Positions 9,250-18,079 of a stretch of 64,000 bases of DNA are shown here, piece by piece. Positions within the stretch are counted from its first letter, which is position 1; each line of letters starts with the position of its first letter. A model generated the notes under the pieces. It saw nothing but the letters and a program-made list of their open reading frames with translations, was not told where the DNA came from and made no database searches. The translations under genes were made by a program, and so were the position numbers. Source of the stretch: an uncultured Desulfospira sp. (GTDB lineage: Bacteria > Desulfobacterota > Desulfobacteria > Desulfobacterales > Desulfobacteraceae); contig OY760175.1 of NCBI GenBank assembly GCA_963663165.1, positions 5,888,001-5,952,000 of the forward strand, in the 5' to 3' direction.

Positions 9250-12200
9250 TTATCTTTGGCGTGTTCTCGGAAGCCCGGCCATGGCCAGAAGACCTGCGGC
9301 CAGGAGACACAAAGAACCCGGAAGCGGCACGGAGGCGATCCCCGTTACGGCATAGATGCCGAGTGCTGTTGTGGTAAAGCTGGCATAGGTGCCGTCAAAG
9401 GCCAGATCCACGGCGTCGAACTCTTCCCACCCTGTTGTTGTCAGACACCAGATGGTCAGATCCAGGATATCGGATGCTGAACCGGCATCCAGCGACAGAT
9501 AGACCGGGTGTTCCGTGTCTACCGTATAATCTGATCCGGAAATCGAAAAGCTCCAGGCGGACAGGATCTCCTCATCGGTTCCGTAAATGATGCCATTGAG
9601 CATGCCATACGCATCGCCATAAGAAACGCTTATTTTCAGGTTAACCTCAGTTGAGTCGTCAGTGCCCAGAAAGCCTGCCCCTGCCGACAAACCCGAAGCC
9701 ATTGTCAGCAAGGCCCTTTGGTTGTCTTTAAGATCAAGGGCCATGGTTTCCCCGCTGGTTGTAGCCTTAACCGCATCAGCAACGGTTATAGTATGGTTGT
9801 CGGCATTCCATTTCCCGCCCAGGGCCTGGACAGTGCCCTCTCCGGTGATGGTGCCGTAATTCATTGGTACGTATTCGCCGGAGGCCGCACCGGCACCGGC
9901 CACAAGGCGGATGGTGCCCTCGTTGGCTATCTGTCCGGTCCAGCTGTTTTCCCCTGTTCCAACATTTACCTGACTGCTCACATCAACTGAAGTGATGGAA
10001 CTGCTGTTGATGCTGAGTTCAGAGGTACTGACCAGGCCGTCATCGCTGACGGACAGATATCCGGTACCGCTGCTTCCCACACGAATCGCATAATTACTGG
10101 TGCTGAAATCGGAGCCTGAACCATTAACCCTGACCGTCCCGGTGCCGCCAGTGGCGACACCGATTGACGCCCCGGAACTGGTAACGGAACCGCCGTTGGA
10201 AACGGTTAATGAGCCGGTTCCTTCATCTCCTACATAGAGAAAACTGCTGTTGGTCCATGTGGCATCTTTTCCGTCAACATTAACGGTCCCGATGCCGCCA
10301 GTGTCCTTGCCGATGAAAGCGGATGAACTGGTAACGGAACCGCCGTTGGAAATGGTCAATGAGCCGGTTCCTTCATCTCCTACATATAAGTTGCCGGTGT
10401 TGGTCCATGAGGACCCCTCACCATCAACAGCAACGGCCCCGCTGGCACCGGCCTTATATCCTATGTAGTTATAACCGCCTGTATTTGTAAATGATCCCCC
10501 ATTGGTGACAGTCAGCGTGCCCGTGCCGGAATTTCCTACATAAAACTTGCCGGCGTTGGCCCATGATGCTCCCTCACCGTCAATGGTAACGCTCCCGCTG
10601 GATTCGGAACCGGTGCCAATAAAGGTGCTTGTCCCGGTTGTTGTTACCGATCCTTTATTGGTGACCGTCAACTCTCCGGTGCCGCCATTCCCGATATAAA
10701 AGTTACCGCTGTTTTCCCATGAAGACCCCTCTCCGGTCACGGTAACGGTCCCGCTGGATCCGGACGATGTTCCTATAAAGCTGCCGGCCGTGGTGATTAC
10801 TGACCCGCCGTTGATGATCTCCAGGATGCCGGTGCCGCTGCGGCCCACATAAAAGTAACTGCCGCTGTTGCGCCATGAGGACCCGCTGCCATCAACAGTG
10901 GCAATACCGGTAGAGCCTTCGGAATACCCAAGATAACCTGAGCCGGATGCGACGGTCACGCCATTTTTTATGGTAAGGGACCCTTCTGCATTATATCCAA
11001 TCCCAAAGACACTGGAATCATCAAAATTTAAATTTATGGTAACGCTGTCTGCCAATAAAGATAAGGTGTTACTGCCGGGGTCTTCAAAACTAATATCCAA
11101 GTCACTGATGAGCCCGGCGGTGTTAATAGTGCCGGCACCTGACAGTTGAGAAAGGCTGCTGATATACAGGCTACCGGTTTCCAAGGTGCCGCCGTTACTC
11201 CCGAAAGCAATGCTCCCAAGTGTTCCTAAAATGGTATTATTTGTAATCGTAACCGTTGACTGGTTTAAAATATTAAGAATCCCCGTACCGTCTTTACCTA
11301 TATAAAGGCTGCCGGTGTTGGTCCATGAGGATTTCGCCCCATCAACCGTCACTGTTCCGACAGATCCGGAATCGTAACCGATATAGGTGGCCGTCGGGGT
11401 ATTCTCCACTAATCCGCCATGGGTTATATTCAGGGTCCCTGTGCCGGATTTGCCCACGTAAAGAGTCCCGCTGTTGGTCCATGTGGAGCCTTCCCCGTCA
11501 ACATTAACCGTCCCGTTGGCGTCTTCAGAATATCCGATATAGCTTGAGCTGCCTGTATTGGTAACTGATCCCCCTTTGGTGACGGTCAGGGTGCCGGTGC
11601 CGTAATACCCGGCATAAAATTTACTGGCGTTAGTCCATTTAGAGCCGTCTCCATCAACGGTAACGGTTCCGTTACCGGTGCTGCCTGATCCGATATAGCT
11701 ATAACTTGAACTGCCTGTATTTGTGACTGATCCTTTGTTGGCAATCTTCAGGGTGCCGGTACCGGCCCCCCCCACGTTGAGATTACCGTCGTTGGTCCAG
11801 GCAGATTGTGCCCCATCAACATTAACCGTCCCTTGAGAACCGAACGAAGATCCTATGGTACTGCCATTGACGCTCACGGATCCGCCATCAGAGATATTCA
11901 GTATGCCGGTGCCCGATCCCCCCACGTATACATAGCCGTCATTGCTCCAATTGGAGCCAGTCCCGTCTACGGTGACGGTTCCGTTGGAGCCCGACGAGTA
12001 ACCAATATAGTTATAGGTTCCTGTAGAGGTTACGGACCCTTTATCGGTTATTTCCAGTGTGCCGGTGCCCGATCTGCCTATATAGAGGTTGCCGCTGTTG
12101 CTCCATTTGGAGTCTTCTCCATCAACAAGGACGGTTCCCTCGGAACCGGACAAATACCCTATGGTTCCGATTTTAACAGCCAAAGTCGCTTTATCGGTAA

Positions 12201-12393
12201 TGGATAATGCCCCGGTCCCTGTGTAACCAATGTACGCTGAGGTTTCATCCGTCCAATTTTCAGGATCACTTTCGGGGATGACGTTTCCGCTGGCCGTTAG
12301 ACCTGCATAAGCAGTGGAAGCCATGAAAAGCCCCGCTGCCAGGATTGAAAATAACGTGCATAAAAATCGAGGTAAAAAAGAAATCCGTTTCAT
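9250..12393 (-). CDS. Large secreted beta-repeat surface protein (T5SS/PEP-CTERM-associated repeats) with PEP-CTERM-type sorting signal; paralog of 259..2277
   Basis: Start reset to MKRISFL at 12393; many ~50-aa GTVTVDGxGSxWxN...LYVGxxGTGTL repeats; ends SVPLPG + TM + PRTRQR. Confidence 0.87.
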   Translation of the reverse strand: MKRISFLPRFLCTLFSILAAGLFMASTAYAGLTASGNVIPESDPENWTDETSAYIGYTGTGALSITDKATLAVKIGTIGYLSGSEGTVLVDGEDSKWSNSGNLYIGRSGTGTLEITDKGSVTSTGTYNYIGYSSGSNGTVTVDGTGSNWSNDGYVYVGGSGTGILNISDGGSVSVNGSTIGSSFGSQGTVNVDGAQSAWTNDGNLNVGGAGTGTLKIANKGSVTNTGSSSYSYIGSGSTGNGTVTVDGDGSKWTNASKFYAGYYGTGTLTVTKGGSVTNTGSSSYIGYSEDANGTVNVDGEGSTWTNSGTLYVGKSGTGTLNITHGGLVENTPTATYIGYDSGSVGTVTVDGAKSSWTNTGSLYIGKDGTGILNILNQSTVTITNNTILGTLGSIAFGSNGGTLETGSLYISSLSQLSGAGTINTAGLISDLDISFEDPGSNTLSLLADSVTINLNFDDSSVFGIGYNAEGSLTIKNGVTVASGSGYLGYSEGSTGIATVDGSGSSWRNSGSYFYVGRSGTGILEIINGGSVITTAGSFIGTSSGSSGTVTVTGEGSSWENSGNFYIGNGGTGELTVTNKGSVTTTGTSTFIGTGSESSGSVTIDGEGASWANAGKFYVGNSGTGTLTVTNGGSFTNTGGYNYIGYKAGASGAVAVDGEGSSWTNTGNLYVGDEGTGSLTISNGGSVTSSSAFIGKDTGGIGTVNVDGKDATWTNSSFLYVGDEGTGSLTVSNGGSVTSSGASIGVATGGTGTVRVNGSGSDFSTSNYAIRVGSSGTGYLSVSDDGLVSTSELSINSSSITSVDVSSQVNVGTGENSWTGQIANEGTIRLVAGAGAASGEYVPMNYGTITGEGTVQALGGKWNADNHTITVADAVKATTSGETMALDLKDNQRALLTMASGLSAGAGFLGTDDSTEVNLKISVSYGDAYGMLNGIIYGTDEEILSAWSFSISGSDYTVDTEHPVYLSLDAGSASDILDLTIWCLTTTGWEEFDAVDLAFDGTYASFTTTALGIYAVTGIASVPLPGSLCLLAAGLLAMAGLPRTRQR

Positions 12394-12580
12394 CTTTTTC
12401 CTTTCTATGTTGAGGTTAATCCAGCTGTCGCCCAAATACCAATTTGCCGGATGGCACCAACCTTCAGGTCCTGGAATATCCGGGTTGACCGGCAGTTCGG
12501 CCCGTACTTTTTTCATGCTTTTATGCAGGAACCGTATCCCCCGCACAGAATGAAGGGAATTCAGTAAAGAAAAACGGAAA

Positions 12581-12600
12581 ACCTGGTAAAATCCCCAGGA
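12581..12600. promoter_or_regulatory. lux-box-like site
   Basis: ACCTGGTAAAATCCCCAGGA: 20-bp NNCT-N12-AGNN dyad lying between luxR and the PEP-CTERM gene. Confidence 0.6.
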
Positions 12601-12705
12601 TATAAAATTTAAAAAAAAGAAAAAATTTTCATAGAAAATGAGAATTTTGAGTAAGGTCCCATCCGGTTGATGCCGGGGAACAGGATTGGATTTGATTGAA
12701 ATTAG

Positions 12706-12769
12706 AATTGTGTTACATTTTTTTCACAATTGTCGCACATTTTTTTCACACTGTATTACATTTTTTTCC
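12706..12769. repeat. Three phased ~22-bp direct repeats (TGT-N3-ACA-T7-C)
   Basis: aattgtgttacatttttttcac / aattgtcgcacatttttttcac / actgtattacatttttttcc. Confidence 0.8.
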
Positions 12770-12818
12770 TATCATTTTTCCAGCAAAGGCAGGTTGCTTT
12801 ATGAGTGAACGATACCCC

Positions 12819-12944
12819 GTGTTTGGACGAAAAGTTGCCCAGATGCAAGGCGCAGGGGAATTTGCAACCGGAGCAACCTTTGGGGTTGTGAGGATTGTAA
12901 ATTCCCCTGCAACACAGCAGATGGGTGGCTTTTCGTTCAAACAC
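12819..12944. mobile_element. 126-bp palindromic MITE/REP-like element
   Basis: Terminal IR GTGTTTGGACGAAAAG / CTTTTCGTTCAAACAC; internal IR GCAGGGGAATTTGCAA / TTGTAAATTCCCCTGC; lone right end repeated at 18061-18078. Confidence 0.6.
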
Positions 12945-12947
12945 CGT

Positions 12948-13718
12948 TTAATATTTTATGAGGCCTGAACTTAGCCCTAGGGCCACGGCCTGGCAGGCAT
13001 TGACCGCATCCAGTTTTTTTAAGACGTTGCCCATGTGGAACTCAACGGTTTTCTGGCTGATGGTAAGGATCCGGGAGATCTCCCAGGCGGTTTTGCCGGC
13101 GGCCGTCCAGGAGAGGATCTCGGATTCCCTTGGTGTCAGGCGCACCGCTTCCCGGGGCCGGTTCAGGATAACCTGTTTGACGGCCTGGCCCAGATGGGGA
13201 ACCAGGTATTCCAGTATTTTCCGGGTCCGTTCGGTCTTTTCCATCTTTCTTCCGGCAAGGGATATAATGGCGGCTTCCGTGGAACGCCTTCCCTGGAGGC
13301 TGTAAAGCCAGCCATCCTTAAGGCCCATGGATGCTGCCTCGGCCATGACCCGGGCGGACCGGTCGTTCTTTTCTTCATCCAGGCCGGGGATCCTGATATA
13401 GTCGGGCCAGTAAATCAGCCCTTTTTTAAGAAAGGCGGTCTTGGCAATATTGTCGTTGAGATAGTAATCTTTTTGGGCATACCGGATCTCCCATTCTTCC
13501 GGGAATCCGGTGACCATGTGAAAGGACCCCATTCGTTTGGCGGCAAATTCACTGTAGTCGCCAACCCCGCACCGGGCATGGGAAAACGGGACAAGGGCCT
13601 TGGATTGCCGGAGCAGACCTTGAAACTCAAGGGGGGTTCGACAATTAAGGCTTAAGTGGATAATGTCCAGCATCCGGGTGAATTCGGGAGGGGTCAGGTC
13701 GAGGGTTTGTTTCAGCAT
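12948..13718 (-). CDS. LuxR-family regulator with autoinducer-binding domain (LuxR solo)
   Basis: W-x3-Y-x8-D and W at TraR W57/Y61/D70/W85 spacing; C-terminal LTPRESEILSWTAAGKTAWEIS...TVEFH HTH; no luxI in window. Confidence 0.9.
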   Translation of the reverse strand: MLKQTLDLTPPEFTRMLDIIHLSLNCRTPLEFQGLLRQSKALVPFSHARCGVGDYSEFAAKRMGSFHMVTGFPEEWEIRYAQKDYYLNDNIAKTAFLKKGLIYWPDYIRIPGLDEEKNDRSARVMAEAASMGLKDGWLYSLQGRRSTEAAIISLAGRKMEKTERTRKILEYLVPHLGQAVKQVILNRPREAVRLTPRESEILSWTAAGKTAWEISRILTISQKTVEFHMGNVLKKLDAVNACQAVALGLSSGLIKY

Positions 13719-13844
13719 AGATATCTTAAATAATAAAAATAAAATCAGGGTAATTAATGGTAACCGGCCAATAGCTTGACGTCAAGGGACTCGGAAAAAA
13801 ATAAATCCCGCATTTTGCTTGCCTTTTTATCCGTGTCCCCAATT

Positions 13845-15122
13845 TCAATTGTTCGTTGGCAGTTGCTCAATCAGATATTCAACGGCCTTTTCAATTTGCA
13901 CATCCTTGCCCTGGCAGTACCGGATGTCAAAGGGGACTTCAATGTCCGGTTCAACCCCGACGCCTTCAAGGTTCACCCCGTCAATAAAACAGTGTTGCAC
14001 CGCAAGAAAAAGCAGGTCTTTATTGGACAGGGTAAACAGGCGCCCTCCCAGGGTATGACCCGGGGTGGCTTCCCCCATCACCGTTGCCAGTTTGTATTTC
14101 CTTGCGCCGAACACCAGAAGTTCTTTGCCGCTACGGCTGAATGCATTGACCAGATAGACTGAAGGTTTTCGCCATTGGGAGTCAACGACGCTTTTTTTGC
14201 CGTCTTTGTCGATCATTTCAAGCACGGGAATGTTCCGGTTGAAGATGTTCAGGTAATAGGGCCACGCGCCGCCTAAGCCATACCGCAGATCAATGATTAA
14301 GGCATCGGCATCTTTTAATTCTCCCCATACCAGTGCGTTGATCAATTCCCGATGGTATTCTTCGCCGGCATAAGAATATATATGGATATATCCGATCCGT
14401 TTCCCGGCCTGTTCCATGATCCGGACGCTAGCCTTTTGGGCGGCTAGCATTTCCTGTTTGGGGTTAACCTGCTGTGGGGTGATGGCGATGTTAATTGGCG
14501 CCGCCTGTTTCTGCCTTCTGATTTCAAAGGCGGCCTTGCCATCTGCGACTGCCCGTAAAGAGGCCACCGGTTGATAAGGTGCCCCATTGACACTTAGGAT
14601 TTCATCTCCTTTTAACAGCCCGGCTTTTTCGGCAATGCTTCCGGCAAGAACACAACCGATAAATGTTTTTTCCCTGAAGGTCCGGGAGATGATGCCAACA
14701 CTTGGATACGTTACCGTTCGTCCTTGAAACAGGGCACCGATTTCCGGAATTTTTGAAAATAAAGCGGCCAGTTGATAATATTCATAGTCATCAGGGGTTA
14801 AATAATAGGTGTGGGAGGCCTTCAGTTCATTAAGCATGGCGTTCATTAAAGCGCAGAATTCTTCGCGGGTGGCAATTCCCGTCAATTGCCGGCGGTACTT
14901 TTTTTTGATGGCGGGAAACTCCCGGGTGATCTGGTCCGGGTTGTAAAAGTGCGTCTCTATGATGGTGACGGCTTCATCAAACAGATCAGAATAGGGGCCT
15001 TTCATGGCCGCCAATGTTTCAAAAGGTACGCCCATGGCCAGTACCCACAACATGGCTGTAAAAACAAGGCATGGGTTCTTTTTGAAATGTTTTCCAATCA
15101 TTCTAATGAAGTATCCCCCCAT
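13845..15122 (-). CDS. S41 family periplasmic peptidase with PDZ domain
   Basis: LKASHT, PDZ AEKAGLLKGDEILSVNG, IGYIHI, LIIDLR, SRSGKE, LEGVGVEPDIEV. Confidence 0.85.
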   Translation of the reverse strand: MGGYFIRMIGKHFKKNPCLVFTAMLWVLAMGVPFETLAAMKGPYSDLFDEAVTIIETHFYNPDQITREFPAIKKKYRRQLTGIATREEFCALMNAMLNELKASHTYYLTPDDYEYYQLAALFSKIPEIGALFQGRTVTYPSVGIISRTFREKTFIGCVLAGSIAEKAGLLKGDEILSVNGAPYQPVASLRAVADGKAAFEIRRQKQAAPINIAITPQQVNPKQEMLAAQKASVRIMEQAGKRIGYIHIYSYAGEEYHRELINALVWGELKDADALIIDLRYGLGGAWPYYLNIFNRNIPVLEMIDKDGKKSVVDSQWRKPSVYLVNAFSRSGKELLVFGARKYKLATVMGEATPGHTLGGRLFTLSNKDLLFLAVQHCFIDGVNLEGVGVEPDIEVPFDIRYCQGKDVQIEKAVEYLIEQLPTNN

Positions 15123-15156
15123 TTCATTTCCTTGAGGCGGGTTTAAACCATACCGC

Positions 15157-15645
15157 CTATAATCTTATAATCTTCGGGGCCTGGCCGATATGTTCCAGGA
15201 ATTTGACCAGGTCTTTTGCGGCAATGGTGGTGGTGGCCGTGTTGACCAGGGGGTGAAAGTTTAACAGGTCGTTTTCCATCATTTCTTCGTCCAGGATGAT
15301 GTTGACTTCATGATCCTGGATGTTGACGGCCGCAAAGGGGGTGACGGCCCCGGGGATCATGCCCAGAACTTCCATGAGCAGGTCAGGTTTGGCAAAGGAC
15401 AGGTTGTTGGCCCCGATGGTTTTGCCCACCGCCTTGATGTTGATGGGTTTGTCAGACAAGGTGACCACCAGAAACAGCCGTTTCTTTTTATCTTTGAAAA
15501 ACAGATTTTTACTGTGGACACCGTCAATGCCCTCATGGTGAAGGTTGGCCTCTTCCACGGTAAACACCGCCGGATGCTCGTGGTTGGTATATGCAATGCC
15601 GATGTCACTGAACAGGGTGAACAGCTCTTCAGGGGTTCGGGACAT
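15157..15645 (-). CDS. Prolyl-tRNA editing protein (YbaK/ProXp-ala family)
   Basis: HPAVFTVEEA, SKNLFFKD, GAVTPFA, NFHPLVN motifs. Confidence 0.88.
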   Translation of the reverse strand: MSRTPEELFTLFSDIGIAYTNHEHPAVFTVEEANLHHEGIDGVHSKNLFFKDKKKRLFLVVTLSDKPINIKAVGKTIGANNLSFAKPDLLMEVLGMIPGAVTPFAAVNIQDHEVNIILDEEMMENDLLNFHPLVNTATTTIAAKDLVKFLEHIGQAPKIIRL

Positions 15646-15655
15646 GGTTTCTCCT

Positions 15656-16417
15656 CTAAAAATAATTTTTATATATCAACCGGACAATGGTTAAAAACAC
15701 CATGGTCAGGAAAATGGGCCGGATAAAGGCGGCCCCCCTTTTAATGGCCATGCCCGACCCGATCCTGGCCCCGATGATCTGGCCGGCGGCCATGGTCAGG
15801 CCGGCCGGGTACAGGACGTTACCGCCGATGATAAACACGCTTAAGGCCACAATGTTGGAGGTGAAGTTCATGATCCGGGTGGTGCCCGATGCCGCGGTCA
15901 AGTCAAGGCCGAGCAGGATCAGCATGGCCCCGGTCCAGAACGACCCTGTGCCGGGCCCGAAAAAACCGTCATAAAATCCCAGGATCAGGCCAAAGATCAT
16001 AAAGAACAGGTTTTTTCCCATTTTGGGGTCCCGGGCGGCCCGGCCCAGGTTTTTGGAAAACAGGGTGTAAAAAAAGACAAACAACAGCAGCCCCGGGATA
16101 ATATGGCGGATAAACCCGGCCTGGATCTGCTGGATGGCAAAGGCGCCTATGGCTGCACCCAAAAAAGTAAAACCGATGCCGTAAAGGCTTTCATCCATTT
16201 TTACCACCCCGGTTCTAATAAAATTCCAGGATGCCGAAAAAGAGCCGAAACTGCCCTGAAGCTTGTTGGTCCCCAGGGCAAGGGTAGGGGGAAGCCCCAC
16301 AGAAAGCAGCATGGGAAGGGAAATCAGACCGCCGCCCCCGGCAATGGAGTCCACAAACCCGGCACAGAGCCCGGTTAAAAAAAGAATCCCGTAATGGACA
16401 ACTGAAAGCTCAATCAT
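15656..16417 (-). CDS. TSUP/TauE-SafE family membrane transporter (YfcA-like)
   Basis: AGFVDSIAGGGGLI, ALGTNKLQ, GFYDGFFGPGTGSF. Confidence 0.9.
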   Translation of the reverse strand: MIELSVVHYGILFLTGLCAGFVDSIAGGGGLISLPMLLSVGLPPTLALGTNKLQGSFGSFSASWNFIRTGVVKMDESLYGIGFTFLGAAIGAFAIQQIQAGFIRHIIPGLLLFVFFYTLFSKNLGRAARDPKMGKNLFFMIFGLILGFYDGFFGPGTGSFWTGAMLILLGLDLTAASGTTRIMNFTSNIVALSVFIIGGNVLYPAGLTMAAGQIIGARIGSGMAIKRGAAFIRPIFLTMVFLTIVRLIYKNYF

Positions 16418-16570
16418 AATCGGCTATAAATACTTGAAAGCACCATGAATTAACAGCCTTTTTTTGCCCATCGGCGGTTGACGGCCTATTAGCGCCCAAT
16501 AATTCAAAGGAATCGAAAATCCGGTCTCCCGTTTCCGGCATTCGGTTTCCCCTTTTTCCAGTATCTTGAG

Positions 16571-16599
16571 TGGACAAATAATTTTTAAATTTGTATAAC
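16571..16599 (+). promoter_or_regulatory. Candidate sigma70 promoter for the exosortase leader
   Basis: TGGACA-N17-TATAAC. Confidence 0.5.
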
Positions 16600-16689
16600 G
16601 GCCACGGGCCGTCTTTGGTTATCCAACCAAGAACCGCCACAACGAATAATGAAAGTCTTATCAGGATGTTAGTGAGATTTTCATATAAA
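16591..16689 (+). repeat. Multi-hairpin dispersed element, copy 1 (candidate structured RNA or miniature repeat)
   Basis: Highly similar to the reverse complement of 50663-50780; hairpins ACGGCC/GGCCGT, TTGGTT/AACCAA, ATGAAAGTCTTA/TGAGATTTTCAT. Confidence 0.8.
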
Positions 16690-16696
16690 AAGTGCC

Positions 16697-16738
16697 TGAA
16701 CGAAAACCAATTACCCATGAACGAAAACCAATTACCCA
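16697..16738 (+). repeat. Perfect 2 x 21-bp tandem duplication
   Basis: TGAACGAAAACCAATTACCCA twice, ending 23 nt before the exosortase start. Confidence 0.9.
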
Positions 16739-16761
16739 AAGGAACCTGAGGGCTTTTTTTC

Positions 16762-17736
16762 ATGACGTTTCCACCACTTCCGGCCCCTGTGAAAAGCCCT
16801 AAGATTGGCTTTGTTCTCGGGTTTATCGTTACGGCAACCCTTGCTTATGCCCTTTTAAATACGGCACCTGACTCTTTTTACGCCGGCATTAACCGGGTCA
16901 ATGCCCTGGCCGCCGGATGGATGCTGCAAACCCTGGGCATTGAAGCTGTCATCAACGGGGATTTGATTTCCTGCCCGGGGTTTACGGCAAAGGTGGTGGG
17001 GGAGTGCTCCGCTGTATTCGTCAGTGTTCTGCCCCTGGCCTTTTTCCTGTCCTATCCGGCCCCTTTGGCTCTCAGGGCCGCAGGCGTCCTCATGGGGCTT
17101 CCTTTGTTGTTCGGTGTCAATATTTTGAGGATCGCCCTGGTCATTATGGCCGGCCGGACCTGGCCGGACCTGTTTGCCTGGATTCACTTGTATTTGGGGC
17201 AGATCGGCATGATCCTTGTGGTGGTATGGATCTGCATGGTCTGGCTGCAATGGATCGCCCGGCAGGGCCGTAACGAAACAACGGGCCGGTCTGCCGGACG
17301 GTTTGTGCTGCTGGCCCTTGCCTTTTCCATTATCCCCTTTGCCGCCTGGGTCTGGCTGTCCCGGCCCTATACCCGGGTGATCCTGTATCTGGGGCAGGCG
17401 CTTTTAAAACTGGGCGGTTTTCAGGTTATTCTGCCCGATACATTGGGGATTTATCCCCATCTGTTTATTTCATTTAATATCGTGATTTTATTTAGTATGG
17501 TTCTGGCGGACCAGCTGATTTTAAAAAAATTGAATTTCAAACAGGTGGCTCTTGGTTTCGGGGCTCTGATGGGGCTGCATATCCTGTTCCAGGTTTTGCC
17601 GCTGCTGTTTTTCCAGTACCGGGTCGGGGCGGCCCAATACCTGATCAACGCCCTCTTGATCGTCCACCAGTTTATCCTTCCCTTTGTCCTGTGGCTGGTT
17701 TTGATGCCGATGGTTAAAAAGGCTGAAGGGGGTTAG
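16762..17736 (+). CDS. Exosortase/archaeosortase family protein (XrtH-like) with an extra C-terminal membrane domain
   Basis: Catalytic motifs VVGECSA (Cys), VNILRI (Arg), WIHLY (His) in the first ~165 aa; second hydrophobic half lacks these motifs. Confidence 0.85.
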   Translation: MTFPPLPAPVKSPKIGFVLGFIVTATLAYALLNTAPDSFYAGINRVNALAAGWMLQTLGIEAVINGDLISCPGFTAKVVGECSAVFVSVLPLAFFLSYPAPLALRAAGVLMGLPLLFGVNILRIALVIMAGRTWPDLFAWIHLYLGQIGMILVVVWICMVWLQWIARQGRNETTGRSAGRFVLLALAFSIIPFAAWVWLSRPYTRVILYLGQALLKLGGFQVILPDTLGIYPHLFISFNIVILFSMVLADQLILKKLNFKQVALGFGALMGLHILFQVLPLLFFQYRVGAAQYLINALLIVHQFILPFVLWLVLMPMVKKAEGG

Positions 17737-17772
17737 ACTGAAGGCTGAAGTGGCTTATTCTGCCCCACTTTT

Positions 17773-18045
17773 TTAAAATTCCTTCACATCTTCTAACAGT
17801 GAAAAACTGACCACCTGGTCCAGGCTGATATAAACCCTGATCCGGTTGGCTTTGATGCCGGTCTTCCGGCTTTCAAATACGTACAGGTCCTTGGATGCTG
17901 GCACATCCCGGTTGTCGTGGGCATCTGCATCCACGAGAACGGCCGTCCGGTCATCCACCTGTTCCAAGGTCCCCAGGTAAACCCATGAAGACCCGGTGTC
18001 CAGCACAACCTGCCGGCCGATATAATTTTCCAAAGCCTCTTTCAT
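17773..18045 (-). CDS. Small Sm/LSm-like fold protein
   Basis: LENYIGRQVVLDT..WVYLGTLEQVD...VLVDA resembles the Sm1 motif; RVYISLDQVVSFS resembles Sm2. Confidence 0.5.
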   Translation of the reverse strand: MKEALENYIGRQVVLDTGSSWVYLGTLEQVDDRTAVLVDADAHDNRDVPASKDLYVFESRKTGIKANRIRVYISLDQVVSFSLLEDVKEF

Positions 18046-18079
18046 TTATTAAATGCCTGACTTTTCGTTCAAACACCGC

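Noticed and set aside
12706..12769. Mini CRISPR or iteron origin
   Set aside because: Units are contiguous with no spacers, and no rep gene is nearby.
16591..16689. Integron attC site (TAAC...GTTAG ends in both copies)
   Set aside because: No L-box pairing seen, copies lie 5' rather than 3' of genes, and there is no integron integrase.
16410..16763. 117-aa ORF with repeated GNWFSF
   Set aside because: The repeat is just the 21-bp duplication read antisense; the ORF spans a divergent promoter region.
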